A stretch of DNA of 64,000 nt from Fibrobacteria bacterium (GTDB lineage Bacteria > Fibrobacterota > Fibrobacteria > UBA11236): contig JAYTSD010000008.1 in assembly GCA_043745805.1 (NCBI GenBank), forward strand, positions 325,351 through 389,350, in the 5' to 3' direction. Below, piece by piece: positions 50,496 to 60,192 of the stretch (within the stretch, counting starts at the first letter, position 1; every line of letters starts with the position of its first letter). Made by a program: the position numbers and the translations under genes. Under the pieces are notes generated by a model, which was not told the origin of the DNA, searched no databases, and worked only from the letters and a program-made list of their open reading frames with translations.

Positions 50496-51835
50496 TTCAA
50501 TCGACCTGCCATTTCGGTTAATTGAGTAACCGTATCCTCTAAGCTACTATGCTCCTCTACCCTTTGAATTAAAAATTTTTCCATTTCCGCATGTAGCAAA
50601 ATAGCTTGATCCAGTTGTGAATTAGTTCCTCTTACATAGGCGCCCAATTGAATCATATCTTCGGCTTCGGCATAAAGTGCCATGGATCCCAAAAGCCTAC
50701 GCAAAACATTTCGATGTGCTTCGTCAGTTACGTCATTCATACAGCGACTTATGCTTCGTAAAACATCCACCGCCGGATAATGATTTTTATGCGCTAAGGC
50801 CCGAGACAAAACTAAATGTCCATCTAAAATAGATCGCACGGCATCGGCAACCGGCTCATCCATATCGTCGCCTTCGACCAATACGGTGTACAAACCTGTA
50901 ATAGAACCTTTATAACCCATGCCTGCGCGTTCAAAAAGTTTTGGCAAAAAAGCAAATACCGATGGTGTATATCCTCGAGTTGAAGGCGGTTCACCAATTG
51001 CTAAGCCAATTTCACGTTGTGCCATGGCTAACCGTGTTGAGGAATCCATCATGAGCATTACATCGTGACCTAGATCACGAAAGTACTCGGCCACGGAAGT
51101 GGCCACCAACGCGGCTTTAAGCCGCACTAAAGCGGGTTGATCAGAAGTAGCTACCACTACAACCGAACGCTGTAATCCTTCGGGGCCTAAATCCTTTTCT
51201 AAAAACTCTTTGACTTCACGTCCACGTTCACCGATTAAGGCAATTACATTCACAGTAGCATGGCCGTGACGGGCTATCATACCCATTAATACGGATTTGC
51301 CCACTCCGGAACCGGCAAAAATACCCATACGCTGACCCAAACCAATAGTGCGAAATCCATCAATGGCGCGAATGCCGGTAATCATAGGCTTTTCAATTCT
51401 TTGGCGTGTCAAAGGATTAGGAGGAACCGCATGAATTGAAATGGTTTTTTCCGTTTGCAAAGGTCCTTTATCATCCAAAGGTTCGCCCAGTCCATCAAGT
51501 ACGCGACCTAATAATAAAGGGCCAGCACGCATACTTAAAAGTCTACCCGTAGGCATCACTTCTAAACCCGGCCTTAATCCTGGTAATGGACCCAAAGGCA
51601 TTAATAATGTTGTTTTCGCACGAAAGCCGACCACCTCGGCGGGACCTAATAAATTATCGCCCTGAAAAATCGAACAAATTTCCCCCAGTCCAGCATTCAA
51701 ACCCGTACTTTCTATTACTAAACCTATAACTTGAATTATTTTCGCCCGCACGCGTGCAGGCTGCCATTCTTCCACCACCCGGTTATATTCTGAAAAACGT
51801 GAATCAGGATTTTTTTTAGGGGTTACAAAACTCAT
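50492..51835 (-). CDS. fliI: Flagellum-specific ATPase FliI
   Basis: FAGSGVGKS, IGERGREV, AQREIGL, VLVEGDD, DGH-x-VLSR. Confidence 0.95.
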   Translation of the reverse strand: MSFVTPKKNPDSRFSEYNRVVEEWQPARVRAKIIQVIGLVIESTGLNAGLGEICSIFQGDNLLGPAEVVGFRAKTTLLMPLGPLPGLRPGLEVMPTGRLLSMRAGPLLLGRVLDGLGEPLDDKGPLQTEKTISIHAVPPNPLTRQRIEKPMITGIRAIDGFRTIGLGQRMGIFAGSGVGKSVLMGMIARHGHATVNVIALIGERGREVKEFLEKDLGPEGLQRSVVVVATSDQPALVRLKAALVATSVAEYFRDLGHDVMLMMDSSTRLAMAQREIGLAIGEPPSTRGYTPSVFAFLPKLFERAGMGYKGSITGLYTVLVEGDDMDEPVADAVRSILDGHLVLSRALAHKNHYPAVDVLRSISRCMNDVTDEAHRNVLRRLLGSMALYAEAEDMIQLGAYVRGTNSQLDQAILLHAEMEKFLIQRVEEHSSLEDTVTQLTEMAGRLK

Positions 51836-52641
51836 ATCTCACTTTCGCTTGCATCTATATTGCTCACACTTATTTCCGCAACGGAAGATATCTGCATACG
51901 GTTTTTATTCTCCCACGCTTGCAGCAAATCATTGTCTAAACGTGCCAACATCTCTTGCAGATTCAATCCCACTGAGGCGCAGTCACTTTCAACTAAGCAG
52001 CCACCTGGAGTAACACGCGTGTCACTTTCAATGCGTACATCCCTTAACTGTCCTTCTAAGGATTGCCAAAGACTTTGCCCTTCTTTTGCGGTTTCAAAAT
52101 CGTGCGGATTTACACGAACAATAATCGCACTTGTAGGGCCTAATGCGGCCACCGCTTTGCGCAAAATGGGAAGAATAATTTCAGTTTCTGAATCAGCCAC
52201 ATGTTCAAAAACTTTTTGCACACAATGACTCACTAAAGTTAAGGCTTCGCCCTCAAATTGCAAGAATATTTTTTCTTTTTCGCTCGAGACTTGTTGCAAA
52301 AGAACTTGTAAGTTACGCTCTAATTTATTGACCGCGGCATTATATTTTTCATCTGCTAGCGCTTCCCCTTCGGCTAAACCTTTTTGATACAAAGCTTTTT
52401 TAGCGATTTCTGCCTTGGCTAATAAAGAAGAATTTTCGACATCTTTTTTCTTAAAAAGATCTAATAATTCCAGTAATTTATCATGCTCTTGCTCGCTTTT
52501 ACTTTTGGGGCGACCTGGAATATTTACCGGATCAAATGAAAAGGGCTGTAAACCTGTGGGTTTGGGATTGGTGCTATGACCTGACTTAACAATGCGAGTA
52601 ACCGACGAGGTGTCTAAGGGAGATTTAGGAGCTTGTGCCAT
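51832..52641 (-). CDS. fliH: Flagellar assembly protein FliH
   Basis: G-x3-G repeat, VRVNPHD, GGCLVES; lies between fliG and fliI. Confidence 0.88.
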   Translation of the reverse strand: MAQAPKSPLDTSSVTRIVKSGHSTNPKPTGLQPFSFDPVNIPGRPKSKSEQEHDKLLELLDLFKKKDVENSSLLAKAEIAKKALYQKGLAEGEALADEKYNAAVNKLERNLQVLLQQVSSEKEKIFLQFEGEALTLVSHCVQKVFEHVADSETEIILPILRKAVAALGPTSAIIVRVNPHDFETAKEGQSLWQSLEGQLRDVRIESDTRVTPGGCLVESDCASVGLNLQEMLARLDNDLLQAWENKNRMQISSVAEISVSNIDASESEI

Positions 52642-52646
52642 AAAAT

Positions 52647-53699
52647 CTAAGCTACTACTTCGTCGTCGCCACCGCGTCCCGAAATAACAATTTCGCCATC
52701 ATCTTCTAAGCGACGTACCACATCCACAATGCGTTGTTGTGCGCCTTCCACATCTTTTAATTTTACCGGACCCATAAATTGCATATCATCTTTCATCATT
52801 TCCGCTGCACGCGAAGACATATTACGGAAGAATTTTTCAGATAAAGTTTCGCTACAACCCTTTAAGCTCAAGGATAATTCTTTGGTGTCTACTTCTTTGA
52901 GTATACGTTGGATACCACGATCATCTATTAGAGTAATATCTTCAAAAATAAACATGAGATTTTTAATCTCAGTAGCCAACTCTGGATTTTCACGTTCTAA
53001 GTTACCTAAAATATTTTTCTCCGCACCACGATCCACTAAATTCAACATTTCTGCTACAAATTTCACACCACCGGCTTCACTCACATCACCGCCGAATAGA
53101 CTTTTCATCTGTTGCGCAAGCACCCCTTCAATTTGTTCCAACACATCTGGCGATACACTTTGCATAGTAGCTAATCGAGTCGCCACATCCACTTGCATTT
53201 CTTGGGGTAAAGCCGAAAGCGTGGAGGCCGCAGCCGCAGCTTCCATATGGGCCAATAATAGCGCTACCGTTTGCGGATGTTCTTTTTGAATAAAGTTGAC
53301 TAATTGCGAAGGATCAACATCTGCTAATAATTTAAAACCCGTGCTTTTGATGTTGACTTGCACTTTTTCCAAAATTTCGCGCGCACGTCGTGGCCCCACG
53401 GCGGCTTCCAAAGCCTGCCGCGCATAATCCACACCGCCTTGCAAAATAAACTTTTGCGCCACCGCCATTTGATGAAATTCTTCTAAAACGGTTTGACGCG
53501 TATCTTGTGTGATACCATCTAAGCGTGCAATTTCGGCCGTAATGGATTCTATATCAGCATCATCTAAGCTTTTAAAAATTTGGGCACACGCTTCTTGCCC
53601 TAAAGTTACCATCATAATGGCAGCCTTTACAGGTCCACGTAACCCACTAAAACTAGACGGGTTTTCTTCTTCAGTATCGGGTTTTACTTCATTTGCCAT
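52647..53699 (-). CDS. fliG: Flagellar motor switch protein FliG
   Basis: GGVDYA, EHPQT-x-A, MFIFED, MS-x-RA, V-x2-AQ-x2-I. Confidence 0.96.
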   Translation of the reverse strand: MANEVKPDTEEENPSSFSGLRGPVKAAIMMVTLGQEACAQIFKSLDDADIESITAEIARLDGITQDTRQTVLEEFHQMAVAQKFILQGGVDYARQALEAAVGPRRAREILEKVQVNIKSTGFKLLADVDPSQLVNFIQKEHPQTVALLLAHMEAAAAASTLSALPQEMQVDVATRLATMQSVSPDVLEQIEGVLAQQMKSLFGGDVSEAGGVKFVAEMLNLVDRGAEKNILGNLERENPELATEIKNLMFIFEDITLIDDRGIQRILKEVDTKELSLSLKGCSETLSEKFFRNMSSRAAEMMKDDMQFMGPVKLKDVEGAQQRIVDVVRRLEDDGEIVISGRGGDDEVVA

Positions 53700-53736
53700 G
53701 GCACAACCTTTAAATTACTTGCAAGCTATTTTTGAA

Positions 53737-55284
53737 TTATTTCTTCTTCTTACTATTGTCTTTTACTCGACCTTCATTAAGCCAGGTTTTGATCAAATTT
53801 GCCATATTTGTGGGCTCGGTTTGGGACATAATCTCAACCTTCTCCATCATCTCTTTTTGTTTTTGGATATTTTCGGGAACCACCTCAACTTCAGGCTCTA
53901 AGTCCAATCCCGCATAGCGTGGTGCAGGAGGGTTCATAGCCGAAACTAAGTTTTGTGCAAGCCCTCGTAAAAAGATTAATGCAAAAATTAATATGGCCGC
54001 TACCATCCCAATTTTACCCCAGAACTTATAGGTTTCCTGCTTATCAATTTTCTTCATATCTTCTTCTTCGGTCATCAAATATTGATTATCAAATTGTACG
54101 CAAGTCACATAAATTTCATCCTTACTACCAGGTTGAAATCCGACCGCATTTTTTACCAATGCCGTATATTTATCCAGTTCTTCTTGGGAACGAGGGGAAA
54201 AGTTTTTTTGGCCTTCTTTATCGGTTTTATAAATTCCATCCACCGCCATGGAAACGGTGATACGCTTTCTTGTCCCTACCGCACTGATAATTTGAGCTTG
54301 GGTTTTATCAAATTCATAATTAGTAATCGATCCTTCTTTTTGATCCAGTTGTGCATTGGGACTGCCTTTAATTAAGCCATCATCTCGTTGTTGTGAACGT
54401 ACCACTTTGGTATTGGGATCATAACTCTCTACTGATTTTTGCACTTGATCAAAGTCTAACTCGGCTGCAATTTTAACCCTAGTTTTATTGGGTCCTAATA
54501 AACCATTAAAAATATCCAGCACTTTTTGTTCTAATTGTTTTTCCACACTATTTTGCATGGTTAAATTATGATCGGTTTGTTCCGCAACGGCATTATCCGC
54601 AAAACCTTTGGTTAACATATTGCCATGAATATCGAGAATTGTCACTTGCCGACTTTTCAATCCCTCTACCGAGCTGGCTACCAAAAATGCTATACCACGC
54701 ACTTGCTTATCTTCAATCTCTTCGCCAGGTTTTAATTTTATAATAACCGATGCTGTCGCCTCTTCTTTTTTCTCGGTAAACAATGATGGCTTGGGAATGG
54801 TAACATGCACACGCGCCTTATCTACTTCCTTTAAACTTTCGATAGTGCGCGATAATTCACCCTCAAGGGCACGTCGATAATTGAGGTTTTGTACAAAGTC
54901 AGTCATGCCTAATTGCAGCTTGTCAAAAATTTCATACCCCTGTCCACCTGATTGCGGTAGACCAAGGCGAGCCATTTGCATTCTGGCCTCGTATAATTGT
55001 TCTTTGGGAACTAATACAGTACGGCCATTATTATCAAATTTATACGGCAATTTCATATCCTTCAGCGCATCAGTAATTTTTGCGGCATCTTCACTTTCTA
55101 CATTCACAAATAAAGTAGTGTAACCTCCACTTCCCGTACTGCTTCCTGAAGACCACATGCTGATCCCAATTAACCCGGCTAAGGTAATTACCGCCGTCAT
55201 TCCTAAAATGACCTTCTGGGTACCATTCAATTTATCCCAGATATTGCGAAGTTGTAAAAGCAGTTGTTTTATCGATTCACCCAC
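53737..55284 (-). CDS. fliF: Flagellar M-ring protein FliF
   Basis: GYEIFD, GMTDF, RALEGELSRTI, ARVH, TASV, VASSVEGL; two TMs. Confidence 0.95.
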   Translation of the reverse strand: MGESIKQLLLQLRNIWDKLNGTQKVILGMTAVITLAGLIGISMWSSGSSTGSGGYTTLFVNVESEDAAKITDALKDMKLPYKFDNNGRTVLVPKEQLYEARMQMARLGLPQSGGQGYEIFDKLQLGMTDFVQNLNYRRALEGELSRTIESLKEVDKARVHVTIPKPSLFTEKKEEATASVIIKLKPGEEIEDKQVRGIAFLVASSVEGLKSRQVTILDIHGNMLTKGFADNAVAEQTDHNLTMQNSVEKQLEQKVLDIFNGLLGPNKTRVKIAAELDFDQVQKSVESYDPNTKVVRSQQRDDGLIKGSPNAQLDQKEGSITNYEFDKTQAQIISAVGTRKRITVSMAVDGIYKTDKEGQKNFSPRSQEELDKYTALVKNAVGFQPGSKDEIYVTCVQFDNQYLMTEEEDMKKIDKQETYKFWGKIGMVAAILIFALIFLRGLAQNLVSAMNPPAPRYAGLDLEPEVEVVPENIQKQKEMMEKVEIMSQTEPTNMANLIKTWLNEGRVKDNSKKKK

Positions 55285-55290
55285 AGATCA

Positions 55291-55617
55291 CTATCCTCTC
55301 ATCTTCAAAATTTCTTGATAAGCATCCATGGTTTTATTGCGTATTTCTAACAATAAATTAAAAGCCACTTTTGCTTCCCCGACGGCCAACATTACTTGAT
55401 GCACATCTTTAATTTCACCCGATACCATTTTTTGAATACTTTCATCGGCCTTTAATTGCATATGATTGACATCATGTAAAAAACCATCAAACATATCTTT
55501 AAACGAAGATCCATTTACATTGCCTGCATCCACATTACCATTAACGGAAATTTGCTGAGGAAGTGATTTTTCAATTTCTTTGGGGGCACCAAAGTGAAGA
55601 GGATTTAATTCCTGCAT
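55291..55617 (-). CDS. fliE: Flagellar hook-basal body protein FliE
   Basis: DVHQVMLA...EIRNK-x2-DAYQEI-x2-M. Confidence 0.93.
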   Translation of the reverse strand: MQELNPLHFGAPKEIEKSLPQQISVNGNVDAGNVNGSSFKDMFDGFLHDVNHMQLKADESIQKMVSGEIKDVHQVMLAVGEAKVAFNLLLEIRNKTMDAYQEILKMRG

Positions 55618-55716
55618 AAGCCCTCCCTACATACTTTAGGATCGACTTGCATTCGCGTTTTACTTCGCATGCTTATTTTATTTTGTATTTGCCTTAACAT
55701 TTGCATCTGCATTTCC

Positions 55717-56037
55717 TTATACCATTATATCGACAAATTGTCCTAATTTTCTTGGACTAAAATCTTTATCTGCCTCTGCCCTATTTTTCCCCATGACATT
55801 GCTATAACCCACGGCAGCACCTAGCTTAGGCGCCGATTCAGGATAAGCTAATTTTTTTATTTGTATCGCCCCCGAAATATTTCCTAGGGATTGCATTTGC
55901 AATTCAGATTTTTTTTGTTGCACCGCTTGTAATGCATTTTTTGCCAAATCTTGTGTTTGCAAACGTTGTCGGGTTTTTTCCCGCAAAGCCTGAAAAGCGG
56001 CAAAGTCATTATCAATATTATTTGCTTTCACTTCCAT
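55717..56037 (-). CDS. Hypothetical protein in the flagellar operon
   Basis: 106 aa, 4 nt downstream of flgC, ends LGQFVDIMV. Confidence 0.7.
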   Translation of the reverse strand: MEVKANNIDNDFAAFQALREKTRQRLQTQDLAKNALQAVQQKKSELQMQSLGNISGAIQIKKLAYPESAPKLGAAVGYSNVMGKNRAEADKDFSPRKLGQFVDIMV

Positions 56038-56041
56038 GAAA

Positions 56042-56548
56042 TTATAGCTCCAACGATTTCAACAACATACTTTTTGTGGAATTCATAGCGGTTACGCTGG
56101 CTTCATAAGAACGTGTCGCGCTAATCATATCCGTCATTTCTTGTACCACATTTACATTAGGCATTGCCACATAACCTTGTTCATTGGCATCGGGATGACT
56201 GGGATCATAAATTAATTTAGGGGGCGAATTATCTTGAGCTATAGAGGCAACTTCCACGCCACTGCCAATATGATCTTTATCCATAGGAAATCCCGGCGCA
56301 GGAATATTTATATGATTGGGTTGCGTAGTATAACCTTGCATGCGTTGCGGACCGAACACAAATTTTTGTTCTGGATCCATAGGATCCGCTTTTAAAACAA
56401 CGGTTTGTTTTTTATACGGACCACCTTCTGGTGTTCGCGTAGTTTCCGCATTGGCTAAATTACTGGCAATCACATTTTGACGTATGCGCTGCGCTCTTAA
56501 AGCGGTTGCGCTAATTTTTAATCCGGTAAAGAGACCTATCATACTCAT
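56042..56548 (-). CDS. flgC: Flagellar basal-body rod protein FlgC
   Basis: NLANAETT, GGPY, YDPSHPDA, GYV-x-MPNV, ATRSYEA. Confidence 0.96.
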   Translation of the reverse strand: MSMIGLFTGLKISATALRAQRIRQNVIASNLANAETTRTPEGGPYKKQTVVLKADPMDPEQKFVFGPQRMQGYTTQPNHINIPAPGFPMDKDHIGSGVEVASIAQDNSPPKLIYDPSHPDANEQGYVAMPNVNVVQEMTDMISATRSYEASVTAMNSTKSMLLKSLEL

Positions 56549-56559
56549 AAATATTCTCC

Positions 56560-56991
56560 TTATTTGGTTGGTGCCATATGAATGGCTGATTCAATAGCAC
56601 TGCGTTGACTTTGCACAAACTTGGCATCAAAATCAAAAAGAATTTGATTCTCAGCCATTTTGGAAGCCTCCATATCCACATCTACATTATTCACACCACT
56701 ATACATTACGGGATCTTGGGAACGATAAACCATGGGCTGCACATTGCTAATGTCAGGCCTTCCCACCGATAGTAAATTTCCTTGCGCATCTTTTTTATCC
56801 CCTTGCAAGCGAGTCGAATCTAAGGCTTGACGCAACACTTCTTCAAATTTTACTTCGAGGCGTTGATAACCAGGGGTGTCGACATTGGCCAAATTATCGG
56901 CTATGGCTTTGGAACGCATAGCCACCGCGTCCAAACTTTTAGCCACCGCGGGTAAAGCTGTTCTTGTATAGATTGCATTTTGAATGAACAC
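56560..56991 (-). CDS. flgB: Flagellar basal-body rod protein FlgB
   Basis: IADNLANVDTPGY, NNVDVD-x-E. GTG 56991 with AGGA upstream is preferred over 57009. Confidence 0.93.
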   Translation of the reverse strand: MFIQNAIYTRTALPAVAKSLDAVAMRSKAIADNLANVDTPGYQRLEVKFEEVLRQALDSTRLQGDKKDAQGNLLSVGRPDISNVQPMVYRSQDPVMYSGVNNVDVDMEASKMAENQILFDFDAKFVQSQRSAIESAIHMAPTK

Positions 56992-57040
56992 AATTCCTCG
57001 CTTCCACAAACTTAAATCAACTCTCAGATCAATTCATTTA

Positions 57041-57057
57041 AGCAAGGCATGTGCCAA
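57041..57057 (-). promoter_or_regulatory. Sigma54 (-24/-12) promoter of the flgB operon
   Basis: Minus strand TTGGCACATGCCTTGCT matches TGGCAC-N5-TTGC. Confidence 0.88.
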
Positions 57058-57317
57058 GGTGATACATGGATTTTTAAAGTGAAATCTTAAATATGGAAAT
57101 AAGAATTAGCGAGTTATAACTTCGAGCAATCTGCAATTTCGCCCTAAAACCCTAGAAATAGCCTAAATAAACCTTGTGGAAATAAATGATAAAAGGCTTT
57201 AGTTTGTTTGCAAAAAATCCGATAAATGGAAATTGGTCTTTTTTTTCCCCTCCTAAATTTAGCGCAGGCAAATAATGCCCCGTAAACTTCAAACTAGCAG
57301 AGATTAAAGCACGTGAA

Positions 57318-58340
57318 TTATACGGCAAATATAGATGAAATGAGCTCAGGAATTTTCCATTGCTCCGCTGCTTTTAAAATGATTTGCCTATGTAGTGGAG
57401 CACAATCATATCCAAAAGGAATCGCCTCACGATGAATCACCGTAGCGGACTTATTTAAATAAAAACATAAATGCGCATAGAAACTATTCATACAAAAAAT
57501 TTGTCCTGGATAATCTCGTGTCCAAGCAATCAATTCTGGGAGGTTTCTTTTTTTCCAAGACAAGGTAACGGATGAAGCCTCGTAAAATATTTTTTTTTGT
57601 AATTCTTCAACAATATCGTCATCACCTTGTCCATAAATAATTTCCAAAGTCGTTTTATTTGTTGTTAAAATTTGAATAAGTTCCGTTAAAATTTTGGCAT
57701 AAAGTTTAAGTCCAAAAGATTTTTTCAAACCCGCACTACCAATATGAATGACCACCGATTGGCTATTTTTTTTGGTGGCCTCGCGCTTCGGAACGCTACT
57801 CTCTAGTGGCCAACCATAATAAACCAAGCCTTGCAATAGCTCCAAATTAATTTGTACAAAAGAATGTAGCGATGGATATAAAGGCAAAGTATAAGTGTAT
57901 GGCATGGCTGATTTTTCTTCGGCATAGCGAAAACCCAATGAAAGTTGCGCACAAAATCTTGCGATAAAAGAAAAATGTACACGGTAAGCACCTAGTGCAT
58001 TGGTAAGTAAAAGATCATAGGGTTTAAAAAAATAAATCTCCACACTAAAATATTTTTTGGATTTTACTGTGACCGGCAATTCTGTGCTAAAACTAGAGTG
58101 AAAATTGGCGGCGCCATAAAGTTGAATTTCCACCTTAGGAAAAGTTTGGGCAAGTATTTGCAAAGCCGGTAAACATTGAACAAAATCACCATAGGTTCCT
58201 GCAAATAAATAGGCAATGGACTGGATCGATTGGGGCGCTTTCACCTTACGCGCAGGCATCCATTGCAAACCCAGCTTTACAGCACGCCGTAGCAAAAAAG
58301 TTAATCCTAGGGGAAGCTTTATCGGGCGATTGGAAATCAT
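57318..58340 (-). CDS. Divergent glycosyltransferase family 9 (heptosyltransferase-like) protein
   Basis: GTYGDFV-x2-LPAL-x2-L-x3-FP, YDL, IHIGS, NS-x3-HL. Confidence 0.65.
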   Translation of the reverse strand: MISNRPIKLPLGLTFLLRRAVKLGLQWMPARKVKAPQSIQSIAYLFAGTYGDFVQCLPALQILAQTFPKVEIQLYGAANFHSSFSTELPVTVKSKKYFSVEIYFFKPYDLLLTNALGAYRVHFSFIARFCAQLSLGFRYAEEKSAMPYTYTLPLYPSLHSFVQINLELLQGLVYYGWPLESSVPKREATKKNSQSVVIHIGSAGLKKSFGLKLYAKILTELIQILTTNKTTLEIIYGQGDDDIVEELQKKIFYEASSVTLSWKKRNLPELIAWTRDYPGQIFCMNSFYAHLCFYLNKSATVIHREAIPFGYDCAPLHRQIILKAAEQWKIPELISSIFAV

Positions 58341-58434
58341 TGATTTATCTTTAGAAAAATGCCAAACTAAGATTATAAATTAAGTATATCATAAATCATA
58401 AATCTTGCCTCATTATTCAGGAGCGCGGAAACGC

Positions 58435-59235
58435 ATGCAAAAAAAAAATACTTCTACACCCGCTTTCACTAACTCGGAATTCCTCCATAGCCGCGATGGT
58501 CGTGGCGTTCGCGTCCTAGCTGAGTTTTTAGAACCTTCACATCGTTTTCATCAACATGGTATTGATGATACAATAGTTTTTTTTGGCTCTGCAAGAACAA
58601 TGCCGCGTGCCGAAGCCTTAAAGCAATTAAAAGCTTTAGAAGCCAATAAAAAAACCAAGCCGGCCGAGCTGAAACAAGCCTTAAAAAAAGTGGAAATGTC
58701 TCGCTATCATGAAGATGCCGAAGCCTTAGCGGAAAAAGTTTCGCTCTGGAATAAAAAGAAAAAGTTTCAGTATGCCATTTGTTCAGGTGGTGGTCCGGGT
58801 ATTATGGAGGCTGCCAACAAAGGCGCGCATAATGCCAAAGCGCCTTCCATTGGACTCAATATTCATTTGCCTTTTGAGCAACAACCTAATCCGTATATTT
58901 CCTCGCATTTAAATTTTGAATTTCATTATTTCTTTTTACGCAAATTTTGGTTTGTGTATATGGCTAAGGCCATTATCGTTTTCCCAGGCGGCTTTGGCAC
59001 TTTGGATGAAATGATGGAAGTTTTAACTCTGGTGCAAACCAATCGTATCACAAAAAAAATGGTATTCATTCTTTATGGTAAAGAATTTTGGAATAAGGTT
59101 TTAAACTTCGAATACTTGGTGGAAACTGGTATGATCAGTGAAGAAGATCTACAGCTCTTTAAAATTTGCGATAAAGTCGATGAAGCCTTTGATTATCTCA
59201 CCGAACATTTAATTTTATCGAAGAAGAAAAAATAA
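58435..59235 (+). CDS. LOG-family protein (TIGR00730, Rossman-fold nucleotide-binding)
   Basis: FGSART, GGGPGIMEAANKGA, GLNI-x-LPFEQ, YFFLRK, PGGFGTLDE. Confidence 0.93.
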   Translation: MQKKNTSTPAFTNSEFLHSRDGRGVRVLAEFLEPSHRFHQHGIDDTIVFFGSARTMPRAEALKQLKALEANKKTKPAELKQALKKVEMSRYHEDAEALAEKVSLWNKKKKFQYAICSGGGPGIMEAANKGAHNAKAPSIGLNIHLPFEQQPNPYISSHLNFEFHYFFLRKFWFVYMAKAIIVFPGGFGTLDEMMEVLTLVQTNRITKKMVFILYGKEFWNKVLNFEYLVETGMISEEDLQLFKICDKVDEAFDYLTEHLILSKKKK

Positions 59236-59250
59236 TTAGCAGAAGTTACC

Positions 59251-60081
59251 ATGAAACTTTATCAACATGAAAAACCCTTTAGGCGTGATCCGCAAACCCA
59301 AATTATTGAGGGCGCGGAAGGTTTTGTATTAAGTCATGCGGATCAAGTTTCTCAGCATGGATCGCATGCGGTTTTATTTTTACATGGCTGGACTTCTACA
59401 CCACGTGAAATGCGCCCATTGGCTGAAGCGTTTGCAGCAGCAGGATATTATTCCCAAGGTATTTTATTTAAAGGACATGGGCTTACCGTACGCGCCTTGA
59501 AGGGCGTTAATTTTAAAGATTATTTGGATCAAAGTTTAGAGGCCTTTTCGGAGTTAGCAAAAAATCATGATCAAGTAAGCGTATGTGGATTAAGCTTTGG
59601 AGGGTTATTGGCCTTGCATTTGGCCGCACGTCGCAAAGTAGCGAATTTGATTTTACTGGCACCTTTTATTTTTCCTTATGGCAACACTTTGGGATTATTT
59701 CCCAATCGTTGGTTACTTAAAAAATTACCCGAATTCATTGGCAGTATAGGCAAGGGCACCGAAGGCCCTATTCTGGATAAAGAAGCGGCCAAAGACCATA
59801 TTGCTTATCATGAAATGCCTACGCAAGAATTAATGTCCATTATGGAAGGCGCGCAAGAAATTTTACCCGTTTTAAAAAACATCAATTCACCCACTTTGAT
59901 TTTTCAAAGTGTTGAGGACAAGACGAGTGATTTCTCTGGCGCCGTTGAAATCATTAAGCGTTTAGGCAGTGTGGATAAAACTTTAATTGCTTTAAATCGC
60001 AGTAATCATGTAATTACCTTGGACTATGATAGACCGCATATTGAAAAGACCGCTTTGAATTGGTTAAACGCACACAGTTAA
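59251..60081 (+). CDS. Alpha/beta hydrolase, carboxylesterase / monoacylglycerol lipase-like
   Basis: LHGWTSTP, GHG, GLSFGG nucleophile elbow, EDKT, SNHVITLD. Confidence 0.9.
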   Translation: MKLYQHEKPFRRDPQTQIIEGAEGFVLSHADQVSQHGSHAVLFLHGWTSTPREMRPLAEAFAAAGYYSQGILFKGHGLTVRALKGVNFKDYLDQSLEAFSELAKNHDQVSVCGLSFGGLLALHLAARRKVANLILLAPFIFPYGNTLGLFPNRWLLKKLPEFIGSIGKGTEGPILDKEAAKDHIAYHEMPTQELMSIMEGAQEILPVLKNINSPTLIFQSVEDKTSDFSGAVEIIKRLGSVDKTLIALNRSNHVITLDYDRPHIEKTALNWLNAHS

Positions 60082-60192
60082 AGTCTTTTTACAATAACAA
60101 TGGCCTGCATCGTGGGTGAGTAATTGCCTGCGTCGTGGCCGAAATAGCAAAACCTTATTTATGGAATAAAGCATAAATGCTATGATTAAGGC

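Noticed and set aside
52729-53289. 186-aa plus-strand ORF
   Set aside because: Antisense shadow of fliG
50037-55284. Non-flagellar type III injectisome
   Set aside because: flgB, flgC, fliE and fliG identify the system as flagellar
55605-55712. 35-aa minus-strand ORF (MQMQMLRQ...) upstream of and overlapping the fliE start
   Set aside because: No motif or other support; could be chance
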